NCBI GenBank assembly: GCA_036172245.1
Contig: JAYWIR010000017.1
Coordinates: forward strand, 1,736,001-1,800,000
DNA: 64,000 nucleotides
Direction: 5' to 3'
Source: Raillietiella orientalis
Lineage: Eukaryota
The position numbers were made by a program, and so were the translations under genes. The notes under the pieces are model-generated. The model made no database searches. It was given only the letters and a program-made list of their open reading frames with translations, and was not told where the DNA came from. This document shows, piece after piece, positions 12,339 to 24,839 of this stretch (its first letter is position 1; the number at the start of each line of letters is the position of its first letter).

Positions 12339-13390
12339 CTCCAGCAGGTGGTCACCTCGCAACCCTACTCAAGTATGCAGTTGCCGGGGCGGATTGACTT
12401 CGCCACGTGCTGCTCCCGAAGCTCCAGCGCGTGGCGGGCTGTGGCGGCGGCGCAGATGCGGCGTGTCGTCGCAACTACGGTGTCTGCCGAGAGTCCGCCG
12501 CAGCTAGTCCTTGGTGGCGTCCTCCGGACGCAGAAAAAGTTCAGACTCCGCCGCGGTTCCTTGGCGGAGCTGCGGTTCAGAAGCAAATGAGGGGGAACGG
12601 TTCGATCGCCTCGCGCCTGGGACAGCTCAGTCTCCGTGGACGCGGGCTTTTGTTTTTCTTCTTCAGTTGGACAATGTCCCTGAGCAGCGTCTTCGTTCAG
12701 CTCTTTGGCTGCACCGGCAGCATCCGTCGCTTTTCCCGGAAGTGGAACTCCCTGCTCGGTGCAACCACTTTAGCACCTGGATTTTTTTTTCTTCTGGGAA
12801 AGGGTGGTTTCCGCGGCATCTTTTCTGTCGCTTCGTTCTTGCACGAGGTCTGCACGCATCTTAGCCGATCTCAGAGGGTGTTCTGGATTTCCGGATACAC
12901 CTTTCCAGGTATCTTGAAGGTTTGCCAACGAAGTTTGGGTTTTCCGACTTGGTACAAATCGATGATCATCGCCGGATGTGCAGTTCGTGAGGGATAGCCT
13001 ACCTGTCCGTCGCTGGCATCATTATCTCTCCGGTCAACCGATGAGTACCTTAAAAGGGCTATTTGGTGCTATGGTTCTACCCCAGACCTGGTGGGCAATG
13101 CCGAACTTCGACAGTGCGGCTACCACTGTATCTTTAGCCACCTCGACGTCAGTCCCTGCTAGACGGACCACCACCGGGTGTTCCATTCGTGCAGGGAAAA
13201 AGCTTTGATGAGGAATGGTTACGTAATAGGCGGTGGACCAGCTCTGCATCCCTGCATCCTCCAAGCCCTTGCTTTCGGGAATCGCGAGTGCACGGAGTTC
13301 GCCGTAGGGCACCCCGAGACGTACGAGTTCTTCAACGAATACTATGTGTGCGGACTTCGAAACATGCTTTACACCCTTGAGGCACACACT
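12339..13390 (-). mobile_element. Degenerate L1/Tx1-like ORF1 and possible start of the endonuclease
   Basis: VVVRLAGTDVEVAKDTVVAALSKFGIAHQV (V.L...P....D..V...LS.FG.V, ORF1 RRM-like). Downstream WSFGSS/ARGEV resembles the AP-endonuclease SRGVAIL segment. Confidence 0.55.
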
Positions 13391-14999
13391 TCTTGGTCTC
13401 CAAGTCTTGGTTGACCAATTGGCTCCCCTATGAGACTCATCTGTCTCATTTGCTTCATTTGCCCGTCGTCCCCGATGCCAGCCTGCTTTAGGGAACTGGC
13501 TTCACTTCTGGGATTTGACGAGAAGATTCTATGATGTCCCTCGCTAGGCAGTCCTCCGTCGATGACCAAAGGCAAACTAAGGTCGAGGATATCTTCGGAT
13601 AACCATTCGCTACACAAGCTCAAAAATCATCTAGGTAGCTCGCGAGTGAGCTCGCAAAGCACGTCCCTACACCTCGGCGTGACCGGCAGAGAAATGAGGT
13701 CATCTCGAAAATCATGCTCCATGTTGCCCGAGAGTAATTTGATGATCGAGGAAGAAAGAGGAAATGTGATTATCTATAGTTGAGGATTCGTTGTTGTAAG
13801 AGCTGTAACAGTGGTTCACCCCTCTCCAGCCTCATTGCCTACTGATTCATTCATTAATCATTGTTCTCTTCCTTGCCCTTCTTCCACTCCCTCTCTAGTC
13901 CTATCCCCAGTGGTGCCTTTCGTTTCCGATGGACCCACAGCGGTTCCTTCCCTATCCTAGAAATTTCGTTGATTTCAGATAATTGGCGCGACAATCTGAG
14001 ATGAGAATGTGGAGTCATGTGGCATATTTTTGTCCCAGTCACCAGTGAGTCATGACCTTTTTATTGGAATAGCCCAAGGCTAGCTTTTGGGTGCTCTAAT
14101 TTGCTTCTTGATGACAAAGATCTATGCGAGTAATGAATGAGAAAGAGAGTCAGATGAAGAAGACGTAGACACAGGCAGAACAAACGGAAGACATGAATGC
14201 TCACGGCATTCGTGGTGCTGAAGGATAACTCTTGAGTGTGGAATCAAATTTCTAGAACATGAGATGTTTCACATATTTGTTGATCGTATGAGCGGCTAAC
14301 AATAAGGATAATACTGAAGTGCAAGTTCATGTATCCAATTGGAGCAGAATCCCCTTTCAGTTATCTGATGAAATTTTCCGTTTTGCTCTGCATTGCATCT
14401 GCTGGTTTTCCTCCCAGGGCCAGCTCATTAGCTGTTTCCTCCGATGAGAATTTTGCTTTTGGCTTTTTTTTATTCTTCTTTTTTCTGTTTCATTTTTCTT
14501 TTTCCGGCGCTCGCATTTTTCCTGCTGAGCACCCGTGAGATCTGTGCAATGCCGTATTCTACAGCCTCACTTTCGCTCCCGACATTTGTCTCGAAAAAGG
14601 AGTTTCCAAGTAAACTTTGCAAAAAACGTCAACACCAATTAACTGAGACCCACACCATTTAACTGCAGGCCACAATTTGCATCCCACGGCCAAATGCAAT
14701 GCAGAGTTCGAAGTGTGCTTTATCCTCTTCAAGGTTTGCAAAGAGTTGGTTGAAAAACTGGAAATTGGTCCACAGGTGAGGTCACGTGAGTTTCAAGAAA
14801 GGGCTGAATTTTAAGTAAAAGAATAATAGAGATGCTTTAGAATAGTGCTCAGTGAGGACACACAGAGGTGGCTCAGATTACAGTCATTGAAGTTCTTGAG
14901 AATTACCTTCTTGGTCTTCTGAATAGGATCCATTTCTTATAGCTTTGTGTGTGTGTTTCCGTACCTTTATGATATTGTCTCAAGTTCCAAAAGAAAATG

Positions 15000-16600
15000 A
15001 AATGCTTGGCTCTGAAAGCGTCGTTTCGTTCTCTGCTTCCAAAATTAGAAATTCAGCTGTGTTCAGAGTCCTGATCCAGAAGCTCCTTTGATCAAATTTC
15101 GCCGAGAAATTCAGCGGCATTTAGCAAAGACCTTTATTCAGAATTGTTCTTGCAGCATCGGACCGTAGTAAAATATCATTGTGGGGGAGGGTGCAGTCAT
15201 TTTTCTAAGGAGAGCTAAAAGGCGTGTGAAACTTGTACATAATCCCGGAAGATTCAGGTTAAAACGCCCCGTCATCAAACTAGAGGCATGGAACTGTGAG
15301 GAGATGAATTCATCCTATCATTAGAATATCAACGGCATCTTCTTTGTATATTTCAATGTACGAATTCCGGAAAAAATTCTACCATTGATGGGTTCTAGGA
15401 GGAAACGGTTTGATCAAAGTTGTCTCTAGAAAACCACACTGCATAAAATGAAATGTTTTCCCTGAAATCTTCATTTCGAGTGCTACAGTTGGCATGAGCA
15501 GTGTCTGTCAACCCCTCGGAGAGCGATGTATTCATAGAAATTATTTAATGAAAGTCAGAATTTCAATTACATACGGAAGCTATTTGCTTTCAATACCAAT
15601 ATTATTCCTCAATCACGCAGCTGGGAACAGACAATATTATTTCTCAATCACGCAGCCGGGAACAGACAATATTATTTCTCAATCACGCAGCCGGGAACAG
15701 ACAATATTATTTCTCAATCACGCAGCCGGGAACAGAATTCCGATTGAATTGTATAATCACGCAATTCCATTTATGCCCAATTTTCGGGTAGCTTATTTCG
15801 GGCCATAACCAGGATAAATGCAATTGCTGAAACGCAGGGATTGAGCTTTTGCCTGCAAAGAGAAACTTAGGGAAACTAATGATGAATTGTCTTACTCGGA
15901 CCATCAACAAATCTCATTGCCTTAGCTATCGCTTTTAAATACGAATTCACTTGAACGGGGAATTTGTATTGAAGTAAATACCGAGTTTGCATACTAATCA
16001 TTGACGATTCTCTGTGAACCGTCTAATACTTGAAGTTTCAAATAGAGAAAAGTAATTTCATGCGAGGAAGAACTGTAGAAATAACGATGCAATTTTTTCA
16101 CATCCTCTTGATTTTGTTTCCATACCTGAATTCTTATCTTTCTCTTCCTGATGATGGTGTCATAAGAGTCTTTGTGCATTTGATTTATTTGCGATCGCGC
16201 CATGATTTTTTCTCAAATGCCCTTGATCCCTTTCTGAAATCTTACTATTTACCATTTTGATGCATTTTGATATTCATCTCTTCTTTAAACGGATGTGCAC
16301 ATCCTACTTTATTTTTTTTTTTTGTTCATAGTGCTTTGACTGCATTTTTACCATCAGTCTTCTGTTCTTGAACTTAAAGGCCGTAGCTCGACTTCTCTGA
16401 TCCATTACTCCGATCTGAAGATAAAATTTCTTTAGTTTCCAGGTATCCATCTCATATGCTCAGAACAAACGATAACTGGCATTCTGATCATCTTCGCTAA
16501 CATCCAGCAAACAAGTCTTGCTGCTGGTGTTTCAGATCACGTTCTTGGAGTTCTCTTTTCGTGTTTGTACCATCTGCAACATTGATTTTTCAGATACCCA
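15000..16600 (-). mobile_element. Highly decayed THAP/P-element-like transposase fossil
   Basis: Minus-strand remnants in the expected order: THAP-like CC...W...IVCSEH (~16460-16600), WKQNQEDVKK...SSS (W..ED..A..L...S), and KIGHKWNCVIIQF (RGL..KWKQ.I.Y.F-like). Many stops. Confidence 0.4.
15597..15736. repeat. Minisatellite, 4 x 35 bp (CAATATTATTTCTCAATCACGCAGCCGGGAACAGA)
   Basis: Four head-to-tail units starting at 15597, 15632, 15667 and 15702. The first unit has two substitutions and the other three are identical. Confidence 0.97.
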
Positions 16601-18894
16601 CAAAACCCAAAGACAATTATGAATTCTTTTTACTTGTATGCATATTAGTCGACATTATATTATAAGGTATATTATAATATACTTGACATATCTCTTAATT
16701 TAGCGTGCACACCAGATCTGATTAACCAAATATTATGGCTACTTGCACAACCCTCACGGTATCTTAAAATTTTTCTAAAAATAACTGCCATTGTGTTAAA
16801 AATTATGATCTCTTACAGCACAAATTGCAAAGTTCCCGGATATTTTTGTGATGTATCTTGTCCTCACCTCAAAGAGAGCACGATTCCAAGATTTCGGAAA
16901 CTAGGCCAACCACCTCGCTCCTGCTTCAAGATTTTCGAAGTTCAGGAATTTAAACATCAAATGTCTCAGTGAATTCTTATTGTCCTGTACCAATGGGATC
17001 CCACATTCGTTTAGTATGAATTATGGGCTTTCTAAATTAATTCTGATTCTCTTTTGGTTTCCGGAAGATTTTTCTTTTTCTTTTTTCAGTGTGGTAATCG
17101 GTGGATTTTCTCAAGTCGCATACGATCTAAATTATTCGGTTTCTACCCATAAATCACGCCACGAAAGCCCAGTTAGTCCAATTCTCACAGCACAGAATAT
17201 CGGCCAAAATGATTTTTTGACGAGAACTACAAATGTACCCGCAACTTTTTAAGAACGTGCTGATTACGAACTGAACCCCATCCTATCCAAAGCAACTCTT
17301 ATTATTATTGTGTATTGAGATTTCAGCAAACTGGCGCCAAGACCAGCTTCAACACCGATACAATGATCTGAACCGTCTCGGAAGGAAAGAAGAAAGGACA
17401 GAAAAATAACGAGAAAGAGCATCATCGGAAAATGTTCACCCAGGCAGTCCACTCCACCACATACAATTATTTAATGCATTGTGACTGTATTTCATAGCAT
17501 CCTACGTACAAAGTTATCTCTGTTAAATGCCTTTGGACTCTGTGTGTTTATTTCGTAAACAGTTTGTTGACTGAACGATTACGTGCATGGTATTTTCAGA
17601 TATTATAATGGAAGTAGTTCCTAACTCCAGTGATCATTAAATATTTGGAATTTACATTGATTATACATGCATTATCGAGTCATACCGAAGCTACAACATA
17701 ATCTTTAATCTACATTTGGATGCGTTGATTATCATAAAAGTAAGTTTTCAATTTCAATTTTCAAGTAGGTTTTGAAGCAATATTATTTAATTGGTAGTTT
17801 TATCAGCAAGTATAATCAAATAATGTTTTTGTAGATATTGATCTAATTATTCTCCATTATATTGCAGGATTATGTATAGTTTGGAATCCCACTTTGGTAG
17901 GAAGAATTCTCTTCCTGTTCAGTATACAGAATTTTGGTTAAAAAAAAAAGAATGTAGCTGCAAGATCGTGAAAAAAAGACCGATCACATAGTTGTGAACA
18001 GATGTCCCCGAAAAATCTTTAGAACGATTTTTAAACTTGAGAATTTTGTGATAAGCTCTGAGCTCAGTCAGCCCGTCTTGCAATTCTCCGAAATCGCACC
18101 ACTGTTCTCTTCTTGAATGTATCCGTGGGTGTGTGATTTCGGAAATCTGAATTAGAAAGGAATTCTATCTTTCCAGGTTTGACAGTAAGCTCCATCTTCA
18201 ACTCCTGAACCCTGTGTGGTTTCCCGTTCCTCACGCCATTCTGTGTGCGCCCAGCATGATAACTCGAGTTGCCCAGAGATTTTTTAAGAGACCGTCCTAT
18301 GTTGGTTCTAGAAAGAACATTCATCTGCTTAATGGAGAGATAGAATGTTCCCAGACCTCCTCGAAGATTTGAAGGCAGAATAGGGAAAAAATTCTCTAAA
18401 ATTACGGCAATGCAAATCGTTTACGAGGAAGCCAAAATTTGTTGTCACTATAATAAGAACACAAAACTCTTCTTTGTTTTCTCTTGAGTACTTGTACCAT
18501 GCACACCGATAGATCATCAGGCTTCACGAAGAAGCTGAGAGGCTGTTAAGAACATCTGCTTACCCCCACGTGCTTTATGGTTTATGCTAAAACACTTCCA
18601 TGTGGTAATTTGCTCTTAAATAGGTTTCATCATTCAGCTCACGGAACAGAGATGAACGTTCCCAGTATGAACTTCTGATCTTTTCAAAGATTCAGGAGTA
18701 TCTGATGAAGCCTTCCAGAATACTCCTTACGTAAATTCCGCAAGTCATTAAATCTCGTAGTATTCTGCAAAGTGCCTCCGATGGGCCGTTCGTTCTAAAA
18801 TTTCTTAGTTCCTTTCAGAGAAAGTTTCGATGCTGCGATCGAAAATACCAGCACGCTCACTCCTCATCCTCTTTTATCTGGTATCAGGGTTACC

Positions 18895-18987
18895 TGACTG
18901 AACACACAAAAACTCTGGGTGACTGAACACACAAAAACACACATAGGTGACTCTTTAAAGGGTCACCTATGTGACCCTTTAAAGAGT
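18895..18987. repeat. Compound short direct and inverted repeat cluster
   Basis: TGACTGAACACACAAAAAC occurs twice (18895-18913, 18920-18938). Near-perfect palindrome at 18940-18973. Perfect 17-bp stem with 4-nt loop at 18950-18987. Confidence 0.9.
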
Positions 18988-21691
18988 TATGCGCCAATAT
19001 ACATGAATTCCAGAAGTAAACAGGGTGCACTAATTAATGTACATGAACTGATTAACACGCTTCCAGGAAAAATTAATTTTTTAAGTTACAAAACTGTTTT
19101 GAAAATTTGTGACTAAGAGGAAATCTTTTTAGTCTCGCAAAGCACTGCATAGGAGTTTGCATATTTTATTATCCTTTCGTTACGAGATTATATGTTATAA
19201 TCTCTTGTGAAAAAGATATGTGTGAGATAAAAATGGCTTCATACAAAATAGCTTCATCATGAAATAAAAGATGCATAAACGAATTCTGTCGGCAAGCGAG
19301 AAGTATAGAAACATCTGTTTTTAGAGAAAAAAAAAAAATACCAAATTCAGTTTTGAGTTTTGGAATGTGAAAAAAAAAACACACACACACACACATACTT
19401 ATTTGAAAGCTGTTCATGTGTGAATACGGTGCTTCCACCTTATTAGACACAGAATACGTGTGGGAATACTGCTCACGATCCCTACCTGCAGCCTATTCAA
19501 AGTCTTCTGCGCTTAAAGCTCATTCTGGAAATTTCAGTCCTTTCAGAAAAATTTCTTCCCGCTTGAGTTTTCCCTTTGATTTGCATTATTCCAGTCGGAA
19601 TCATTTACCATGAACAGGGCCCGGAAAGGTGTGTAGTTTCGTTAAATTTCGAAGCCCCACTCAAGAGTTTTTTATTGATCGCCAATCTCCCTATCCTTAA
19701 TTTCACACCAGAGAGTCCTGAGCCGAATGTTCTGCGCCACTACGACATGGAAATGCAATAAACAAAAGACTGAAATTGTCCAGCAAGTGTGCAATGTTGC
19801 TTACACATTGCTTACGAATTTAAAGTAACCGATCGGAACTGTTTGCATCTAAATAGGTAAAGGAACAACCTGAAGAGAACGTGAACTGAAAGCTGTTTAA
19901 AAAGCAAAAAAAAAAAAAAGAAGCAAAGTAAGCACTCGATTAATTGCGGAGTAGACTAAATAACTGCTTCAGGATCAAAATGTGGCAAAGTGGAGAAATG
20001 GCAAACGGTAAGATTGAGCTTCGAGACGGAAAGAGAAGAAAAGATTGATTACAAGAGTAAAAAACAAAATTCAAATTTGTACAGCTTCCATGGAGCATGG
20101 AAGTATTTACGATCGGTGTGATATTGCAGCCATTAGAGCAGATGAGTTGAGGGGTCCTCTCAAACCGGCCACTTGACTAAACTCTCCATATCCGAAAACA
20201 AGTTGGATGGTTCCCAAATAGTTGTTTTGTTCTTTCTTCTGAATTGCTGCTAAGAGTTCATCAGCCCACAGTCGATAAAATGAATTGAGCTTTAATAAAG
20301 TTCTAAGTACCGATTTTGTCAATGGCCAAACCAAGTGGCACAAGAAGCAGTATTCGCTGAAAAAGGTGCTGAGGAATTCTACTCAGCCATTATTCTCAAG
20401 ATCGAGATGATATCCTTTGGTCGAGGAGTCTCAATCCATTGTCGGAAACAAATTCAGTTCAAATTTTTTTTATTTTAAATTCTATTGATGTGTTCCTCCA
20501 TTAGAGAAACATATGACCTTACCTCCCTGAATAGGATGCCTTCAATATCAACAGTTGTACTTGTTGATTGGAAGCGGTAACTATGGAATGGTCACATTCG
20601 AATTTCAAATCCATAAGCGTTCTGAGAAGAAAACTGTGAAAACAGGAGCAGAACAGCGGGCACAAATCAGCAGATGGAAAAGGTGATTCAATACCCTTAA
20701 TTTTTACTCATCCCAATGTTGACCATTATTGAATCTGTCAAGACATGACTTCACACTGGTGGAACAGACCCCGACAACTGGTTTGTTGTACGGTGGTGAC
20801 TCACCCTTTTCTATTGAATTGAATACTTAGATTCCCATTGCTGATGAGATGATGCATTTTGTTCTTCCGAAACTCTGTAAAAATCAAACGCTGAGTAGCA
20901 AAAGCGATAAATAATTTACTGAGAAATCCGAATTTACTTTCGAAAAAAAAAAAAAAAATGAGAAAAGATCTCTTCCTCTCCTGACTCAAAGAAGATGTGG
21001 CATCAATCATATATGCCCGTTCTTTGTAGTCCTTTTTAAATTAGATGATGAATCTTGAAACGAAAGAGTCACGTTGGCATCTATGATGACACGGGTGTTG
21101 GCTTGATTTATGAAGCTACTTGATACAAGCAATGGAGGAAGTATAATGATAATAAAAGGAAACATGCATGCGTTCATCAGAAATTAGAAAAATTAATAAA
21201 TAAAAGGGTTGCATTATTTTTCCAGAATTACAGAGATGATCGCAAGAGATGGCGAAGAAACTTAAATCAAAATCTTCGTCTACGTTAGGCATATGGTGTT
21301 CGATTTAGAACCGTCTGCTCGCTTTCTCAGGACTTTTTCCAGAGAAGGAATGGAAAAATTCCAGGATGTTATGGTTGCTCGCAAATCCTTTCCAAGCCAC
21401 AGGATTAGAGAGTGATGGCAAGAACAGACTGTGAAGTAGTGCATTCCATATTTTCCAGCACACAGCCCTAATGTACACGCGCGAAGTAAATAACCCAGAA
21501 TATATCCTTGTTTCCCGCGGCTGCAGCGTCATTCCAGTTCTCTTGATGCCTCACGGTAGTAAGTGCTCCTTCCTTGTTTCTGTGAGTGAAACAAACGATT
21601 TTTGTTTTTGTACTTGAGATTCTCAAAGTCAGTGTGCTTATACCAAACGTTTCTTGGATTCCATCAACGAGCAAACTACAGAAATGACACT

Positions 21692-22420
21692 ATGACTGAA
21701 ACAAAAGATAACCTCACGGATCCGGCAGATGAGGAATTCTTTCTATACGAAATACCACCTGAGGTTATTCTTATACTAAGCTTGTTTTATTTTTCCATCT
21801 CAGTTTTAGCCATAGTGGGAAATGTTCTAGTTATATGGGTAGTGTTAGTAGGGAGACGGATGCAGAATATAATTAACTATTTCATTGCGAACCTCGCGTT
21901 GGCTGACATTACTATCGGCCTTTTCGCAATCCCGTTTCAATTTCAAGCAGCCCTGTTGCAAAAGTGGATTCTTCCTGAATTCATGTGTCAGTTCTGTCCA
22001 TTTTTTCAATGTCTAAGTGTTAACGTCAGCGTCTTTACTCTAGCAATCATAGGAGTCGATCGTTACCATGCTATCGTTCATCCATTGACTCATCGTCCAT
22101 CCAAATACTATGCGAAAGTAATTATTTACATTATTTGGATAGTAGGTGCATCTTTATCTATACCCCAAGCCATAGCATGGAAAGTAACTTACATTTTAGA
22201 CGTGTCTACGAACATTACGAAGCCCTTTTGTGATGTTGTTGGCATGTCCGAAGTTCAGATGACAATATACATGAGTGTGCTGGTGACCCTTCAATACATT
22301 TTACCGCTTGCAATCATATCTTATGCATATATTTGCATAAGCAGTAAACTTTGGAAGAATTTGACTCCTGGAAATGCGGAAAACTCCAGAGACGCTATCA
22401 TATTCAAGAACAAAAGAAAG
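21692..22420 (+). CDS. Lkr: Leucokinin/kinin receptor-like class A neuropeptide GPCR, coding exon 1 (N-terminus, TM1-TM5, ICL3)
   Basis: ATG at 21692 (MTETKDNLT...). Class A motifs GNVLVIWVV (TM1), NLALAD (TM2) and DRY (TM3). Family-typical FAIPFQFQAALLQKW, FCPFFQCLSVNVSVFTL and PGNAENSRD. Ends KNKRK at donor AG|GTAATA (GT at 22421), phase 0. Assignment to Lkr rather than the tachykinin or RYamide receptors rests on recalled motif similarity. An additional 5' exon is possible. Confidence 0.9.
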
Positions 22421-23100
22421 GTAATAACAAACTATCTTATCACTACTATTTGTTGTTTCCGATGTGTTTCTTGTTTGCATTCCTTAAAAAAAAGATCAAA
22501 AGAACTTATATGCGAGTTCTAGTCATGTGATCAAACGGGCCATATGAATTGTCCAGAGATGTATTTCTTGTGTTTTTTCTACAAAGATTTCGTAGTCGTC
22601 AAATAGAGTAGGAAGGTCTCCCCAAAACATGCGGTGGTACATATCGGGTGGCACCAGCCTGAAGAACCATTTGCGAGCTCAAATGGATATCATTAAGAAC
22701 TGTAATCAGTAGGACAATTTTTGCGATTTTCAGTGTTCAATGACAAGTTTTCACTATCAGTTCGTTAAAATAACCCCTCAAGTGCAAATTGAATGAAGCC
22801 GAAAGCAGAGAAGATTTGTGAAAAGCAAATGACCACAATCGTAATGACTTAATGTTGAAATGTTCATGACTTGTGATTCGTTTCGAGTCAGAACGATGTC
22901 GGAATTTGCATGTTCTTCGAACAGAAAGACGCAGGAATGATTTCCGTCTAGCGTAGGAATCAAATTCCTTCCGTCTACCTGGGTGGGACTCTTGGCAAAC
23001 AAAACACGCATCTTGGATTATCGAGTTACAGTATGACATATGTACAAAGTCCTAAACCGCAAAAATCTTTTTAAGGCACTGTAAATGAATCACCCTTCGA

Positions 23101-23103
<3 letters not shown>

Positions 23104-23131
<28 letters not shown>
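23104..23131. repeat. (TC)14 microsatellite in intron 1
   Basis: Direct reading. Confidence 0.95.
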
Positions 23132-23135
<4 letters not shown>

Positions 23136-24839
23136 TTTTATTATGTGAAGTAATTTTTTCCAGCATTTTTCACAGTTCGTTAGCCAGGCTACAGCCAAAA
23201 GCATACACTTTTTTCCTGAGAAGTGTGTGCTTTCGGAATGGATAGCCGTGAGTGTCCGCAAGGAGCTTGAAAAATTTCTGCAGTCGTGATTACCGACCGG
23301 AAAATCTACGAATCGGGAATGCTCCTTCATTTTTCTATGAGTTACTTCCTTGAATGCCGTTCAAATCAGCAAATTAATTCGATCACTATCTTATTCGCAT
23401 TGCACAATCTGTTTTGATTAGCGTTTCTTTTGGAAAATGGATCTGGACTCTGGCCAGATAATTGAAAGCCTGGAAAGCTGGGACTTCAATGCGTCATTAA
23501 ATCTGAATGTACCACTCGAGATACGATCGGTCTCCAGATGTCAACTCCTTTACATTGTGCTCAGTTCCATCGGCAAGCCAATTCCGAGGAAAACACGGAG
23601 CTTTTCATTTCGCGAAAACTGCCAGAGGGAAAAAGCAACCTCGGACTTCTCTTGGCTATTGTACATCTAAGGATTTAAGTAAATAATAGAAAAGTACTAA
23701 GGTTAGTTATCTTTTGTATCAGAGTGAAACTAATTAAAATTTTGTATTTAATGTTCGGATGTTGATGAGTTATGTCGATGCTGTGATCATGAAAGAGCAC
23801 ACAAGCATACATGATTGCATATCAGAGGATGCGTGGCTGTTGCATGCCTGAGTTGTTTTTAGTAAACCACGGTACTTAAATGCGAGGTGCTTCACCTCAG
23901 TGATTCTACCCACATCGGTAGCTTTTCCTTCATTCAACAAAAATTTGGTATACCTGTGATGAGTCTACTACAACTTGCCATTTTGTAGATAGCCGAATCG
24001 GGATTTCTAAGTGATCACGAATCACAACGATATGCAATTCTCAGTCTTCCTAGATATTTTCCACTTTGTTGAGTGCTTCTAAGACATCATATTTATTTAT
24101 TTTTTTCACCATAACGAATTAGTCATTTCCAATATGGAAAAGCTTTCGCATAAATTCCTAGTATCACGTTTAAAAATTGACAAAAACAATATTTCCAGAT
24201 GATTCTGGCTAAATATAATCAATGATCCATACTCTCAAACATTACCTGCAAAAATCTTTAGCAGCAGTTTGCAAAGAGATTCAAATATTCTAGTTACAGC
24301 CGTTATCACATGGGAAGAAGCAAGTGTTTTCCATTAAAATCTAAATGGGTCTTGTCAAAAATTGCCTAAGATGGGAAAACTGTATCGAATGATGGTGGAA
24401 AAATCAGTTGCGATGCACCCCTTCCTTTGACTCACTCAGCATACGTCAGTAGAAAAATCCTTTCATCCAGCGTTCTGGTTCCTTTCTTATTTAGAGTTCT
24501 GGTCTCACTCGATCACTTGTGGTAACGCTGTGACAAGATGACAGGACACTGTTTCTGGTCTCGTAGCCTTCTAAAATCTCCGTTACATTCCTCGACGTTC
24601 TCTAAACTTCCCTGCTTACGTTGGTTTCTTCTCCCGATTCGAGTTTTCAAGGGTTTTGAAACGCCTACGCTACTCCTCTCTTGTCGCGATTCTCCATTTA
24701 AAAATTGTGATGCTCTGCTGGTAGCTATGCACTCAAGTATTGATCCCTTGATTCTGAATGTTTTTCTAATATATCTGGTTTGTCTTTCGATCTACTGGAT
24801 AAAGTTTACGCACTCAGTATCGAAGATTTCTTCATGATT

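Noticed and set aside
15597..15736. CRISPR array
   Set aside because: The units are contiguous with no unique spacers, the context is eukaryotic, and there are no cas genes.
21602..22522. Single-exon 306-aa truncated (5-TM) receptor as given by the ORF track
   Set aside because: Similarity ends exactly at the GT donor (22421), and TM6, TM7 and helix 8 are found in downstream exons with matching phases. The extra residues are intron read-through.
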